A program made the translations under genes and the position numbers. The notes below the pieces were generated by a model that did no database searches, had not been told where the DNA came from, and saw nothing but the letters and a program-made list of their open reading frames with translations. From Octopus vulgaris (lineage: Eukaryota): DNA of 64,000 nt. Each line of letters begins with the position of its first letter. Position 1 is the stretch's first letter. Shown here piece after piece: positions 13,681-24,794 of the stretch. The DNA lies in contig OX597817.1 in NCBI GenBank assembly GCA_951406725.2, positions 93,496,001 through 93,560,000 on the forward strand, in the 5' to 3' direction.

Positions 13681-14296
13681 TACATCACACTTCTTGAACT
13701 ATCTTTCTCCTCTCACCATTCCCTGTCTCAATACCCCCAGTCCCACCTCATACACTTAGTTCTCCACATTTAATCATTACATCTTTAAACTTTTCTACAT
13801 TAAGATTTGAAATGCAAGTTCTCTACCCTGATGAAGGAAGCTTATTTCATGCTATGTTAGATGCATCCATACGGCCACATTTTGTGATGGACTAAATCCA
13901 CCAACATTATTATGGATCGTTGAGCCCCCAGAAACAGCTATTAGATTCATAATACTTTTATTCTACCCCATTAAATTTTTCTGTCATTTGTACTCTAAGT
14001 TGGACCTATTTATACATATAAATTCCTCATTCATCATCTGAAAGTTTTCACCTTTTCTTTTCTCTTGTTTTGCATATATACATATATATACATATTTTGT
14101 ATTTGATGTACTTAATATATTTAATATACTTGATGTGCCTAATTTGCTTAACCCAATAACTACTTGCACTCTCCTGTCTTTGAAAGAACTTTTTCTTCAC
14201 CCATTCCTTTCCGGTCATTCAATATGGGACCGGGTGTGTATCGTTGGCGATTTTTTTTCCTCCATCTTCCCTTCCTTGGATCTCTCCTTTTCCTAT

Positions 14297-14331
14297 GTTT
14301 CTGACGAAGAGCTCCACTCGAAACTTTAAAT
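14297..14331 (+). ncRNA. Minimal type I hammerhead ribozyme-like motif (Penelope-associated, probably mutated)
   Basis: gttt-CTGACGA-agagctccactc-GAAAC-ttta-aat: both core boxes with a short stem II and potential stem I. Confidence 0.55.
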
Positions 14332-14910
14332 CCTCCTTTTCCTTTCCTTTCCTCAGTGTCCAATAACACTATACTTGTTCCATGTCCTCGCATTGTTGTG
14401 TTTCTCTTTGTGTTTTCATGTTTGGATTAACTATATATATATATATATATATACCCACACACTTTCTCTCTCCCCCACACATGCACACACACACACACAA
14501 AACATCCGTATAGCTATGTTTATGCATATCTGCTTATATGTATATGATATATAGGTGCAGGTATAGATAAGCAGTTAAAAAGTTCATTTTGCATCTTTTA
14601 AGTCCCAAGTTTGATCCCACTGCACATCATCTTGAATAAGTTTCTTCTTCAATAGGTTTGGGTTGACCCAAATGCAGTCTAAGATGAGTTGTGTTAGAAA
14701 GAGCATCCAGTTGTCGAAACCATACCAAAACAGAACTATGAACAAGAAATGGTTTTTAGACCCATCTAGGAGGGTAGTAACTCAGAATAGAAGCTAACTT
14801 GCACTGTGGCAACAATGATGAGTGCAAGTGTACCAAAAGTGTTTGTATGTGTGTTTGTGTTGTTGTCTATTTGTGCTATTGTTTTTCATTCTGTTGCTCT
14901 TCTTCTTCAG

Positions 14911-15130
14911 ATGGCCTTGACGTGTTGGTTGTACTCACCATATCAAGTGGTGAGGAGAAGGCTAAGGGTAGCAGTGCCAGCTGAGGTGTCCCGGCACATA
15001 TCCACCTGGAAGAAACGCATTGAGAAGCAGCAAGCCATAGAGGAGACTGTAGTGCAATACACAGCAGAGGATGTTAGTCACCTGAATGAAAGACTCTATG
15101 TGTGGGGCTTCTCTGCCACTGGTGCACTGG
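14911..15130 (+). CDS. RCC1L: RCC1-like protein RCC1L/WBSCR16, coding exon 1 (MALTCWLYSPYQVVRRRLR...LYVWGFSATGALG)
   Basis: ATG directly follows a pyrimidine tract and cag acceptor, so a 5'UTR exon lies upstream. Arg-rich N-terminus resembles a mitochondrial presequence. RCC1-type VWG..GALG motif. Donor gtaagt at 15131, phase 1. Confidence 0.85.
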
Positions 15131-16306
15131 GTAAGTTAACTGTTTGTCTGTTGTGGTCTCATAAAGTTGGATACTTAGTAGTGGAATGAATGTGTGCTTT
15201 TGTGTGTTTGCTGTTATTGATGCATTGGTATGTGTGTGTGTTAAAATATTGGGGTCATCCCATAAATAATGCAGTTTTTTTATACTTCTTTTATTTTTCA
15301 AAATTAAGATAAACATTTTCTACAATGCTCTTCCATCTATCTGGTCGACTTGCAAGGCCCCTCTTCCAAAATTCACTTGTCCGTGATGAAAAATACTCCT
15401 CCGGTACCGTTCTGACCTTGTCTACAGAATTCATATTTTTCTTGTCCAAATGATCTTGAAGCCTGCAGAATAATTGATAATCAGATGAGGCAGTGTCTAG
15501 CTAATATGGTGGGTGGGGGCATCATTTCCCATTCAGACTGCTCCAGCCTTTCGAATGTCATCCTTGCTGTATGTGGCTGAGCATTATCCTGATGGAAGAA
15601 CACCTTTTGTCTTGAAACCAAAGATAGTCGCTTTTCTTCTAGTACTAACTTAAGAAGCCACTCAAGCTACTCGCAATAGATCTCCTTAGTTATCATCTGA
15701 TTTGGGTTTAAAACTTCAAAGTGGACTAAACCTTTCATATCCCACCAAACAGATAACAACATCTTATATGAGTGAAGATCTTCTTTAGCCTGGGCTGCCA
15801 GTGTTTCTCTTTTTCCTACCCACTGTCTTTGGCACTTGACATTTTTATAGAGAACCATTTCTCATCACCAGTCACTATTTGGTCCCAAAAACGGTTCATT
15901 TGTGAGACGTGACAGCCAAGAAGAGCACATGGTCCTTCTCTGTGTGTGATTAGACTTGGAAAGTTTGTGAGGAACCTATTGACCCAATTTGCTGACTTTT
16001 CTGATGGCATGCAGGTCTCAATGAATAGTTGAACGACCAAATCCAAGCTTCTCTGTTATTTCCTCAACAGTTACGATGGGATTTTGTTCAACCAGGATTT
16101 GCAGGACATCCTTGTTGAGCTCTACAAATCTTCCAGGACGAGGCTTGTCTTTTAGGCTGTAGTTTCTGGCTTGGAATTTCTTGAACCACCTTTGACACTG
16201 GCTTACGCTTATTGTCCAGTCCCCATATAGTGCATTAATATTCCTTGCACTTTCTGTTGCGTTTTACCTTTAGCGTACTCATAAAGCAAAATATGTTGAA
16301 TATGCT

Positions 16307-16522
16307 TGTTGTGCGTAGTTGGGTTCTAATGGGATAGACAACCAATTGAAAACCATTGTTATGTTTACGTGTTTATTATCTTTACATGTTACACGGACGA
16401 CGACATTCAGCGTAGTAATACATTATATACTTTACACACAGTTTTTACTGTTCACTAACAAATAGTGCCAAGAGTAGGGATGTGTTTGGCATACGCAAAC
16501 ACATACATATGAATGTGTAACG
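16307..16522 (-). repeat. 3' LTR
   Basis: Direct repeat of 19082-19298, about 10 differences by eye over about 217 bp. Confidence 0.95.
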
Positions 16523-16904
16523 TCCCTTCTTCTTGAAAAAAAAATAAATGGGGTCTTTTGGCAGTGAAGACAACTGTGAGTAGTCTCCCTTGCTCCTTTT
16601 CTTTTCTTTAACGGTATTGAACCGGTGGCAGAATGTTCTTTCTCCATCTGGTGGATCTTGTGCTTCGCACCGGTGTCTGAGGTGTGTTGTTGGGCTGCTG
16701 ATATGTGGTTTGTGCCCGTTGGGGTGATGATTCTGTGGGTGTTGTCACCAATGCAGCAGGTGTTGTACACGTTGTCCTCAACAGCTCTGGTGTTGGTCGG
16801 ATGTGGGCCGTTTCATCTCAGCTGCCTACCAGATTCCGTTTCTATTATATACGATCTTGGAGTTTCAGCTCTACTGACAACCTTTGCTGGGATCCATGTT
16901 TTAG

Positions 16905-19049
16905 TTATGGGATCTTGAGTATGCACATGTTGTCCTCCAAGCATCTCAGGTAAATATTGTGCATGTTGTAATACCTCTGTGATTGTTCTTGAGTGGCTGC
17001 TAGCTTTGCCCTTGTCTCTTCCTGGTCAATAGGAGGTTGGATCTTAGTTGGCAGGGTAGTTTTATACTTCCTGCCATTCAGCAATTCTGCTGGGGATTTC
17101 ATATCAGCTCTCAGTGGTGTCGCTCGTAGGGACAGAAGTGCCAGGTGTGGGTCTTCCTTAGTCTCTCGGCATTTGACTAGTGTTCTCTTCACTGTCTGCA
17201 CCTGTCTTTCTATAAACCCATGACCTTTGGGGTAGTGTGGAGTTGAAGTTGTAATATTGAACCCATACTCATCGGCTAGCTTTTTGAATTCTTGTGATGT
17301 GAACTGGGTTCCATTGTCACATATGATCTGCTCTGGTATTCCTTGCTCTGCTAGGAGTCCTCGGGCCACTGTAGTGATTGTTTTGGCTGTCAGGTCTTTC
17401 ACTTTTCTCACAAATGGAAATTTGGAGTAGTAGCAGGCCATTATTAAATACCATTCTTGGCCCTCTGTGAATAGATCTACTCCAATACTTTGCCATGGCC
17501 TTCTTGGGATGTCACTAGATATCATTTCCTCCTTTTGTTGTGAGGTTTCCTCTTTGATTTCCACTAGCTTATCGGTTGTCACATTTACAATGTGGTGGAC
17601 CTTTCTGCTTAGTCCTTCCATCTCCTGTTTGTTTGTGATTGGTGGTCGGTCTTTGATAGGCATATCACTGTCAATCCTGCTTGGAGCTGCTTTCACTTCA
17701 GCATTGACCGACACAATATTTAACCTCCTGCAGGTATCAAGTCCAAGAATTGCTGGGCATTCTGTTCTTGTGACATAAAATGTACACTCGATTGTTTTCC
17801 TTTTGTGTGTCCCCCTAATCGTTGTTTTCCCCAGTTGTGGAATCCTGGTACCTCCGTACACAGTGAGGACCACATCACTTGGTGTGAGGATTCCTTTCCT
17901 GACCCTATCCTCTTCTGTCATATTTTCTGGGAACATCTTCTTGTATAAGCTGACAGGCAAGATATCACTCTGGGCCCCAGTGTCTATCTTCAGCCTTAAG
18001 TCAATGTTTGTTCTTTTCCTTCCGGCCTTCTTTTCAATTCTTATTGTCGTGTATGCCTCATCTTCTTTCTTCCGGTCGTCCTTTCCCATCTCATGCACAT
18101 TTATTATGCCGATTGCCAAGAATTCCTCCTCTGAGGTGCTTTGTTCCTGTTGTTGTGCATGTATATCTCTTCTAGTTCTGCTCCTCTTTGAAAATTGGGG
18201 CTTGTATCTCTGGGATTTTGTTACCCTACACATTTTTTTCCAGTGGTTCAGTTTTCCACATCCTTTGCAGTGTGTACCGAATGCAGGACATTTTTTTCGG
18301 TTATTAAATTCATGCTCTGTACCACAGTACTGGCATGTTCTTTGCTTGTGGGTATGTGTCCTGTGCCTAGATACAGTATCTATACTGCTACCTAGTGGGC
18401 TTGTTTGTAAGCTTAGTGAGGGCATCTGTTTGGTAGTGGCTTCGAATGCACTTGCAGTGTCTACTGCTTCTACCAACTGGAGAGCGTTCTTACCTATTAG
18501 CGATTTTTGTACTTCTTTGTGGGCACACCCCCATATTAATTGGTCTACAATTCTCTCCTCCCTGTCTTTGAATTTGCATTTCTCTGCAACATTTTTCAGT
18601 CTTGACAGGAAATTGTCAATTGTTTCTTGTGGGGCTTGTTTCAGGCCCTGGAATTCGTATCTGTGAATTCTATGGTTCGACCTGGGCTCTAGATGCCTTT
18701 CAAATTTCTCAAGAAGTGTGTATGGGTTATTGCAGTCCGATCCTGACATATCCCAGCTATTGTATAGGTCTATTCCTTTATTACCTGACCATAAAAGGAT
18801 ATAGCTTACCTTCTCATTGTCAGTTGTGCCTTTCAGGAAACTTTTGAAAGCTAGTTGAGCTTTTTGTTTGAATTTTTTAAATTCTTCTACGACATCACTA
18901 GAATCCCAGTTCATAATGGGATGTAGATTCATCTGTACGGCGACGGGGTTTGCCATCTTGGATCGTGTTGTGTTTATTGTCCTAAGACGAAGCGATGTTT
19001 TGTTTGTTATTTCCTCGTTTGTTGTGTTTCTGTTTCGTTGTAAAGGCAC
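16905..19049 (-). CDS. Gag-protease-integrase fusion ORF, 714 aa
   Basis: Gag knuckles CQYCGTEH...CPA and CKGCGKLNHWKKMC; protease KIDTGAQ...ILG; integrase core GVDLF / ICDNGTQF / FIERQVQT; no YxDD motif. Confidence 0.9.
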   Translation of the reverse strand: MPLQRNRNTTNEEITNKTSLRLRTINTTRSKMANPVAVQMNLHPIMNWDSSDVVEEFKKFKQKAQLAFKSFLKGTTDNEKVSYILLWSGNKGIDLYNSWDMSGSDCNNPYTLLEKFERHLEPRSNHRIHRYEFQGLKQAPQETIDNFLSRLKNVAEKCKFKDREERIVDQLIWGCAHKEVQKSLIGKNALQLVEAVDTASAFEATTKQMPSLSLQTSPLGSSIDTVSRHRTHTHKQRTCQYCGTEHEFNNRKKCPAFGTHCKGCGKLNHWKKMCRVTKSQRYKPQFSKRSRTRRDIHAQQQEQSTSEEEFLAIGIINVHEMGKDDRKKEDEAYTTIRIEKKAGRKRTNIDLRLKIDTGAQSDILPVSLYKKMFPENMTEEDRVRKGILTPSDVVLTVYGGTRIPQLGKTTIRGTHKRKTIECTFYVTRTECPAILGLDTCRRLNIVSVNAEVKAAPSRIDSDMPIKDRPPITNKQEMEGLSRKVHHIVNVTTDKLVEIKEETSQQKEEMISSDIPRRPWQSIGVDLFTEGQEWYLIMACYYSKFPFVRKVKDLTAKTITTVARGLLAEQGIPEQIICDNGTQFTSQEFKKLADEYGFNITTSTPHYPKGHGFIERQVQTVKRTLVKCRETKEDPHLALLSLRATPLRADMKSPAELLNGRKYKTTLPTKIQPPIDQEETRAKLAATQEQSQRYYNMHNIYLRCLEDNMCILKIP

Positions 19050-19081
19050 AGTTTCCGATTAATTATTTACCGCTGCCACCA

Positions 19082-19298
19082 TGTTATGCGTGTTTGGGGT
19101 TCTGATGGGATTGACAACCAATTGAAAACCATTGTTATGTTTACGTGTTTATTATCTTTACATGTTACACGGACGACGACATTCAGCGTAGTAATACATT
19201 ATATACTTTACACACAGTTTGTACTGTTCACTAACAAATAGTGCCAAGAGTGGGGATGTGTTTGGCATATGCAAACACATACATATGAATGTGTAACA
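19082..19298 (-). repeat. 5' LTR followed by a tRNA-Leu-type PBS
   Basis: Adjacent + strand accgctgccacca matches the 3' end of eukaryotic tRNA-Leu including CCA. Confidence 0.93.
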
Positions 19299-19489
19299 AT
19301 GCTCCTTTGTCACTTCCTTTATATCTTTGAAAAATAACTGTTAAAATCGAACTGCACTCTTCAAAACTTGCACTAATTATAAGGACAAGGTAAAATTGCT
19401 ACCTGCTTTTATAGCAAGTTGATGCAGGTAGTTTATCCTATCTCCCTCTGACTTTTCATATATATGTATATTTATTACCTTTATATATT

Positions 19490-20726
19490 TGTTGTGCAAG
19501 ATTTTTTATGTGAAATCGTGTGTTGAAACAGATATTGTTGTATTTAGGAATGGTCATTTTGCCAGTTTAGCCAATAAAAACACACGCACTATATATTTGG
19601 TGTTACTTTGCTTCAGCATTATTTATTTTTTACATTAATCTTAATCTTATTTCGGCCAGAGTTCTTTTGTCACACTCCTGTGACCGCATCAGTGGTCCTT
19701 TGCTTTCTTCTTTCTTATTTGTGTGTCTCTCCTTACTAACCGTCAGCCATTTTGTATTTCTATTGTATGCGTCTTCATTTGCGCATGCGTATATCTCTAT
19801 GTGCGTCTATGTTTAGTTAGTGTGTGGGGTGGTGGGGAATGCCTGTAATATTTGTATCTTCTGTTTATATACGTTCGTGTAATTTGTTTTTGTTTATTCT
19901 TATATTGTTCATGTGTTTACAGCCACTTATTATTATTATTATTATTATTATTATCATCATTATTATTATTACTATTATGTATAACAACAATAATAGTAAT
20001 AATAATAAAAATAAAATAAAAAATAAAAAATGAAAAAAAGAATGTATATAGTTATTTACTTCCATTTGTTTATTTACCTGTGTATTTTATTTTATTATGT
20101 TTTCAGTTTTGTTTATATTGTAACCAGTTTATGGGGATCCTCTTCTGTCATATGTTGTGGTGTGTGCTAGTGTTCCATTCCAGTTTCCTATTCAGGCTAG
20201 GTTTATCTTCTATTATGTGTGTAGCTTCCATAATTTGTCTGATTGTTGCGTCTGTTCTATGTGTAGACAAGATTTTAACTTCTATGTTGTTGATTGAGCC
20301 CCCGTGTTCCTGCTCGGCATGTTGGTACAGAATCGATGAGCTTTTATCTTCCTTAAGTTCTCTCCAATGTTCATTTACCCGTTCTCCTATGCTTCTTGCC
20401 ATTTCCCCTACGTATGTCGTTGTCTTGTTACTGCATTGTCCCTCTATACATCTTATACTATAGACTACATTTCTGGCTTTACAGTTTGTTTGTGGGCTAA
20501 ATCTACACACAGTAAAGTACCTATCCGTACAGGGGGTTCTACTAAAAGGGTAGTTTCTACTGATTATGATGTGGTCACAGGAGTGTGATGAAAGAACTCT
20601 GGCCGAAATAAGATTAAGATTAATGTAAAAAATAAATAATGCTGAAACAAAGTAACACCAAATATATAGTACATGTGTTTTTATTGGCTAAACTGGCAAA
20701 ATGACCATTCCTAAATACAACAATAT
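19490..20726 (-). mobile_element. Penelope-like element 3' fragment: GIY-YIG endonuclease with inverted pseudo-LTR
   Basis: ORF 20148-20510 has CKARNVVYSIRC...YVGEMARSIGERVNEH; inverted repeat of about 160 bp (19532-19690 / 20567-20726); abuts (TA)n. Confidence 0.85.
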
Positions 20727-20749
20727 ATATATATATATATATATTTATA

Positions 20750-21619
20750 CATCTGATCACTAAGTATCCGGACTGTTGCCATAGTTACGAAGTTAAAGCA
20801 CACAGATTGACCTTGAATTCTGCTGTGCATGTGCACTAAATTTTATTGCTCTAGCTCACTTCCACTGTTTACAGCAGTGCTTGGAAGGAATGTGTGTAGT
20901 GTGTGATCATTACATTGACCATTACAGAGAAAGTTGAACAGAGAATCTGCATCAAATTTTACCAAAAGCTTGGTGATACCTGCTCAGAGGCCTATGCAAA
21001 GTTTTCAAAAAGTTTTCATCATTCTCTACACAATCAAGGAGATCTTGTGTAACTGAAATCTGAGTGGCTTTTTGGTCAGCTGAAAGCAGTTTTGGCACAA
21101 ACTTGGCAGACACGCATCTCATACCCAAATCTTCAGTGATAATGGACTGAACTGAAGCATAACTAATCTGCGCATCCTCTGATAACTCACGGATGGTGAT
21201 TCGATGATTTCCCCTCACAGCTGCATGCACAACTATGATGTTTTTCTCAGTTCTACTGGTTGCAGGACTCGCAGAACGTTCATCAGTATCAACATTTTTT
21301 TGGTCATCTTGGAAACGTCTGAACCTCTCAAACACTTGTGTGCAGCTCATACACTCCTCCATACATTTTCTGCAACTTTGCATAGGTCTCTGAGTAGGTG
21401 TCACCATGACAACTTTCTCTGTCATGGTCAATGCAAGGATCACATGCTAGACACCTTCCCTCCAAGCACTGTTGTAAACAGCAGAAGTGAGCTAGAACAT
21501 TAAAATTTAGTGCACATGCACAGCAGAATTCAAAGTCAATCTATGCCAAGCAGCTTCACTCTGTGTGCTTCAGCTTCGTTACTATGGCAACAATCTGGAT
21601 ACTTATTGATCTGACATCA
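20750..21619. mobile_element. Mariner-derived element with two inverted 5' ends
   Basis: 20750-21003 is the reverse complement of about 21370-21619; minus ORF 20952-21443 encodes mariner N-terminal HTH motifs (VFERFRRF, ITIREL, SAKFVPKLL). Confidence 0.85.
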
Positions 21620-23313
21620 TACACACACAAACACATGCAGAAAGAGAGAGAGATTAAAAGTTGATATGGGTAGGCAGCATCATATTTAAAAGGGATTAAT
21701 GCATGTTTAATTAACACTAGCCGCTTATCTAATTATGGCAGACAGATTATCAAAGTGGCTAATTGTATAAAGACATGCTGATTTAGAAAAGTTACATAAT
21801 TAGACTCTACCTGTTCTGAAGTTGTGTGTGTGTGTGCGCGCGCGCACATGCATGTTGGGGAAGGGAATGTACTGTGACCTTGAACCAAAAAAAAAAGAAA
21901 TTTTATCTAAAGTGCAGAGCTGTCTGTCTGTTTTAAGCACAAGGCTGTCTCTGTTTCTGTAGTATAGGATTCTACCTATTTGAAGTATATGTTTCTCTGT
22001 CTCTCTGAGGTACAGGCCTGTGTTCTTGCCTCAGGCCTTGTTATTGCATGTTTCCGATCAGTCTTATTTTATTACTCACATGTAAAAGGAATAACATTTA
22101 AATGCCTCTTCAGTTCTGAAAGGATTTTCAAGGGACCAAATGTTAGTTCTCTTTACTAGGAGGAACCTTTTGAATAGGATGTCAGCTGATCTGATACTTA
22201 TTCCCAACAGCTAGGTAAACTGAGCCAGTTGTTATTCATTTTACATCTACTTTCCTTGCTGACATAAACTGAAATGGTCGTCATAGTCCAAATTGGTTCT
22301 TATTCATAGTTATTGATCTTCTAAAGGAGTTGAGGGCTACTACTCATTGTATGTTCTATTTTTTGGTATGGCTTCTTTAGTTGGATGTTCTTCCTATTGT
22401 CAACCATCTTATAGTGAGTACTGGTTGTATTTTATGGTATTAGCACTCAAGAGGTTAGTTTCTCAGTGGTAAGTCTAAAAACTCTTCCTTCTTCTCTATG
22501 CTATCTCCATAAATGTGTTCCTTTTTCTCTCACTACTTACAGGAAGAGGGCCAGACTGAAAGATAATGAGAGAGAGAGAGATGGATAAAAATAAAGAATG
22601 GTGGTGTTAAGGGTGGATTGAATACAGAGAAATCCAATGCAATGCCATGTCTCATTACACTGGTGTTGTAATTGGAGAGAGATATTGTTAGAGAGAAACA
22701 ATTAGGAGAGAAAGTGGAAGATGAAAGAATAATGATGGGAGGAGAGTAGTAGATGGAGACTTAGTATGAACATAAGGGTTGAGAGAACCAATATGTAGAT
22801 ATACATCCCAAACTCCACCACCACCACCACTGCGGCGGCGGCACCGACGACGATGATTGTGTTTCATGGTAGATCCACAGCATTTTCCCACAACTTACAG
22901 TGTTGTTGTCATCTCATTAATGATGTTCAGCTTTTTTGAAGTCAGTTTTCACCACTTCATTCCATGTTTGGTGGTATCCCTCTTCTACAAATTTTATCCA
23001 CTTTGGTCTCTTGGCATTTCTTTATACAACTGACATCCTCCATATCCATCCCTCTCTTTATTATAAAAGTAATTTTAATTAACTGGAAACTATCTTAATC
23101 TTTAAGACTCCACCTTTATATTCTTGCTCTTATAAAACAGTACAATGTAGCTCAAGAGAGTTTAATTTAATTCTAGCAAGCCAAGTAACCCAAAAGAGAG
23201 GCCTTTTCGTTGTTTCATTGTTAAGATGTCCTGTTTGATATTATGATGATATGATAATTTTAAATTTTTATGCTCTAAAAGGATCAGTTATCTCTTTTGT
23301 TTCTGTATTAAAG

Positions 23314-23411
23314 GGATCAAGTCCTATTTAAGACCTGGGGTGAAGCAGACACACCTATCCTTCATGCATCGTCCTGCTAGATTAAAATTCTTTGATGAGC
23401 AACATTTAAAG
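23314..23411 (+). CDS. RCC1L: RCC1L coding exon 2 (GIKSYLRPGVKQTHLSFMHRPARLKFFDEQHLK)
   Basis: aag acceptor and gtaaaa donor; 98 nt, phase 1 to 0; open in frame with both neighbours. Confidence 0.8.
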
Positions 23412-23899
23412 GTAAAACAATACATTGCTGCTGTTTTTTAATTTTTTTTTGTTGTTACCTTTTATTTATATATTTTTGATGTGTTAAAATGTATATTGTG
23501 GAGTATATAAGGAGATATGTGGTATATTCTGTAGATGTAGGTAGGTGTAGGGTATATTATGGTTATGTAGATAGGTAGATATGGGGTATATTAAAGATAT
23601 GAATATGTGAAGGGTATGAGTAACTGTAGGTGAGTATTGGTTTTGGGGATTAAAGCTAGTTCAGCAAAATCTTGTGTTTGTATGTTCAGTAGATCAATGA
23701 TTGAAGGCAATCTGACCATGACTACTCCATCTTTTTGGTAATTTAAAAATACATATGTGCTCTCTTTCTTAAGATATCACTTGAAGGATATTTGGCTAGT
23801 TTTGAGCATGTCAGCCAATTGCATAGTGACTCCTTCATTGACTTGAGAAACTATTGTTTTGAATTTAACTCTACACAATGCTCAGTTTATATATATACA

Positions 23900-24794
23900 C
23901 AAAGTGGTATCAAAAAGTTTCCAGACTGGTTCTGTAATGTGCTAACAGATGGGAGCGCATGATTGTGTACACAGTGAGAGCTAGTAGTGACCTTCATGAG
24001 GCAGTGTGCCAAGTGACATCGCTGTGTTTACTTCACAAGTTGTGGAATTTGTGTTTTTATGATCACGTGCATGCTGTAGTCTGAGATTTTTGTCATGGAC
24101 TGGAAGTTGGAACAAAGATCCAACATAAAATTTTGTGTTAAACTTAGGAAGTTTGCTACAGAGATATTGAGCATACTTTGGCAAGCTTACAGCGATAAGA
24201 CAATGGGTCGCATGCAATGTTTTGAGTGGCATGTGCACTCCAAAATTGAAAGAACATCCTTGGAGTATGATGAGAGATCTGGAAGACTTACCATGAGTAT
24301 GACCCCTGGAAATGTGGAGAAAATTCATCAGCTTCTGCATGAGGATTGTCAGAGGACAATTGATGACATTACTGATTTTGTTTGTCACACGGGTCCATGT
24401 GGGCAATCCTAATGTCTAGATTCTTCATGATGACAATGCACCCTGACACTGAGCTCTCCTCACTCATGATTTTCTCACCAAAAACAATATGGTATCACTT
24501 CCACACCCATCCTGTTTGCCAGATTTATCACCTGCAGACTTCCATCTCTTCCCCAAGATGAAAAGGCAGCTCAACAGTCACCGTTTTAATACTATTGTTG
24601 AGATCCAGAGTGAATCACAGAAGTCCTTGACTTGCTTATGAAAAACGACTCCCAGGCTGGATTCCAAAAGTGGTAGGAATGCTGGGACCAGTGTATTGCT
24701 GCACAAGATGACTATTTTGAAAAATATGATGTTAAAACTTAGGTAAATTTTTTATTAAACATGACTAGTCCAGGAACTTTTTGATACCACCTTG
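23900..24794 (+). mobile_element. Internally deleted mariner with TIRs
   Basis: gtggtatcaaaaagtttcc / ggaactttttgataccac ends; EQRSNIKFC, HDDNAP and PDLSPADFHLFP fragments. Confidence 0.9.

Larger units (their letters stand above)
16307..19298 (-). mobile_element. Ty3/Gypsy (Mag-like) LTR retroelement lacking RT/RNase H
   Basis: LTRs at 16307-16522 and 19082-19298 (TG...CA); 5-bp TSD ATGCT at 16302-16306 and 19299-19303; PBS TGGTGGCAGCGGT at 19069-19081; PPT at about 16523-16534. Confidence 0.95.
15248..19440 (-). mobile_element. Decayed mariner interrupted by the LTR element
   Basis: IVTGDEKW, KMLLSVWWDMKG and FHQDNAQPH fragments at 15500-16050; sequence resumes at 19299 after the TSD; right end uncertain. 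Confidence 0.8.

Noticed and set aside
14806-14910. Upstream in-frame ATGs extending ORF 14806-15189
   Set aside because: The extension runs through TG-rich sequence and a polypyrimidine tract ending in cag, so it is intronic acceptor sequence.
17467-18666. Long + strand ORFs (103 aa and 287 aa)
   Set aside because: Antisense shadows of the Gag-PR-IN ORF with no independent motifs.
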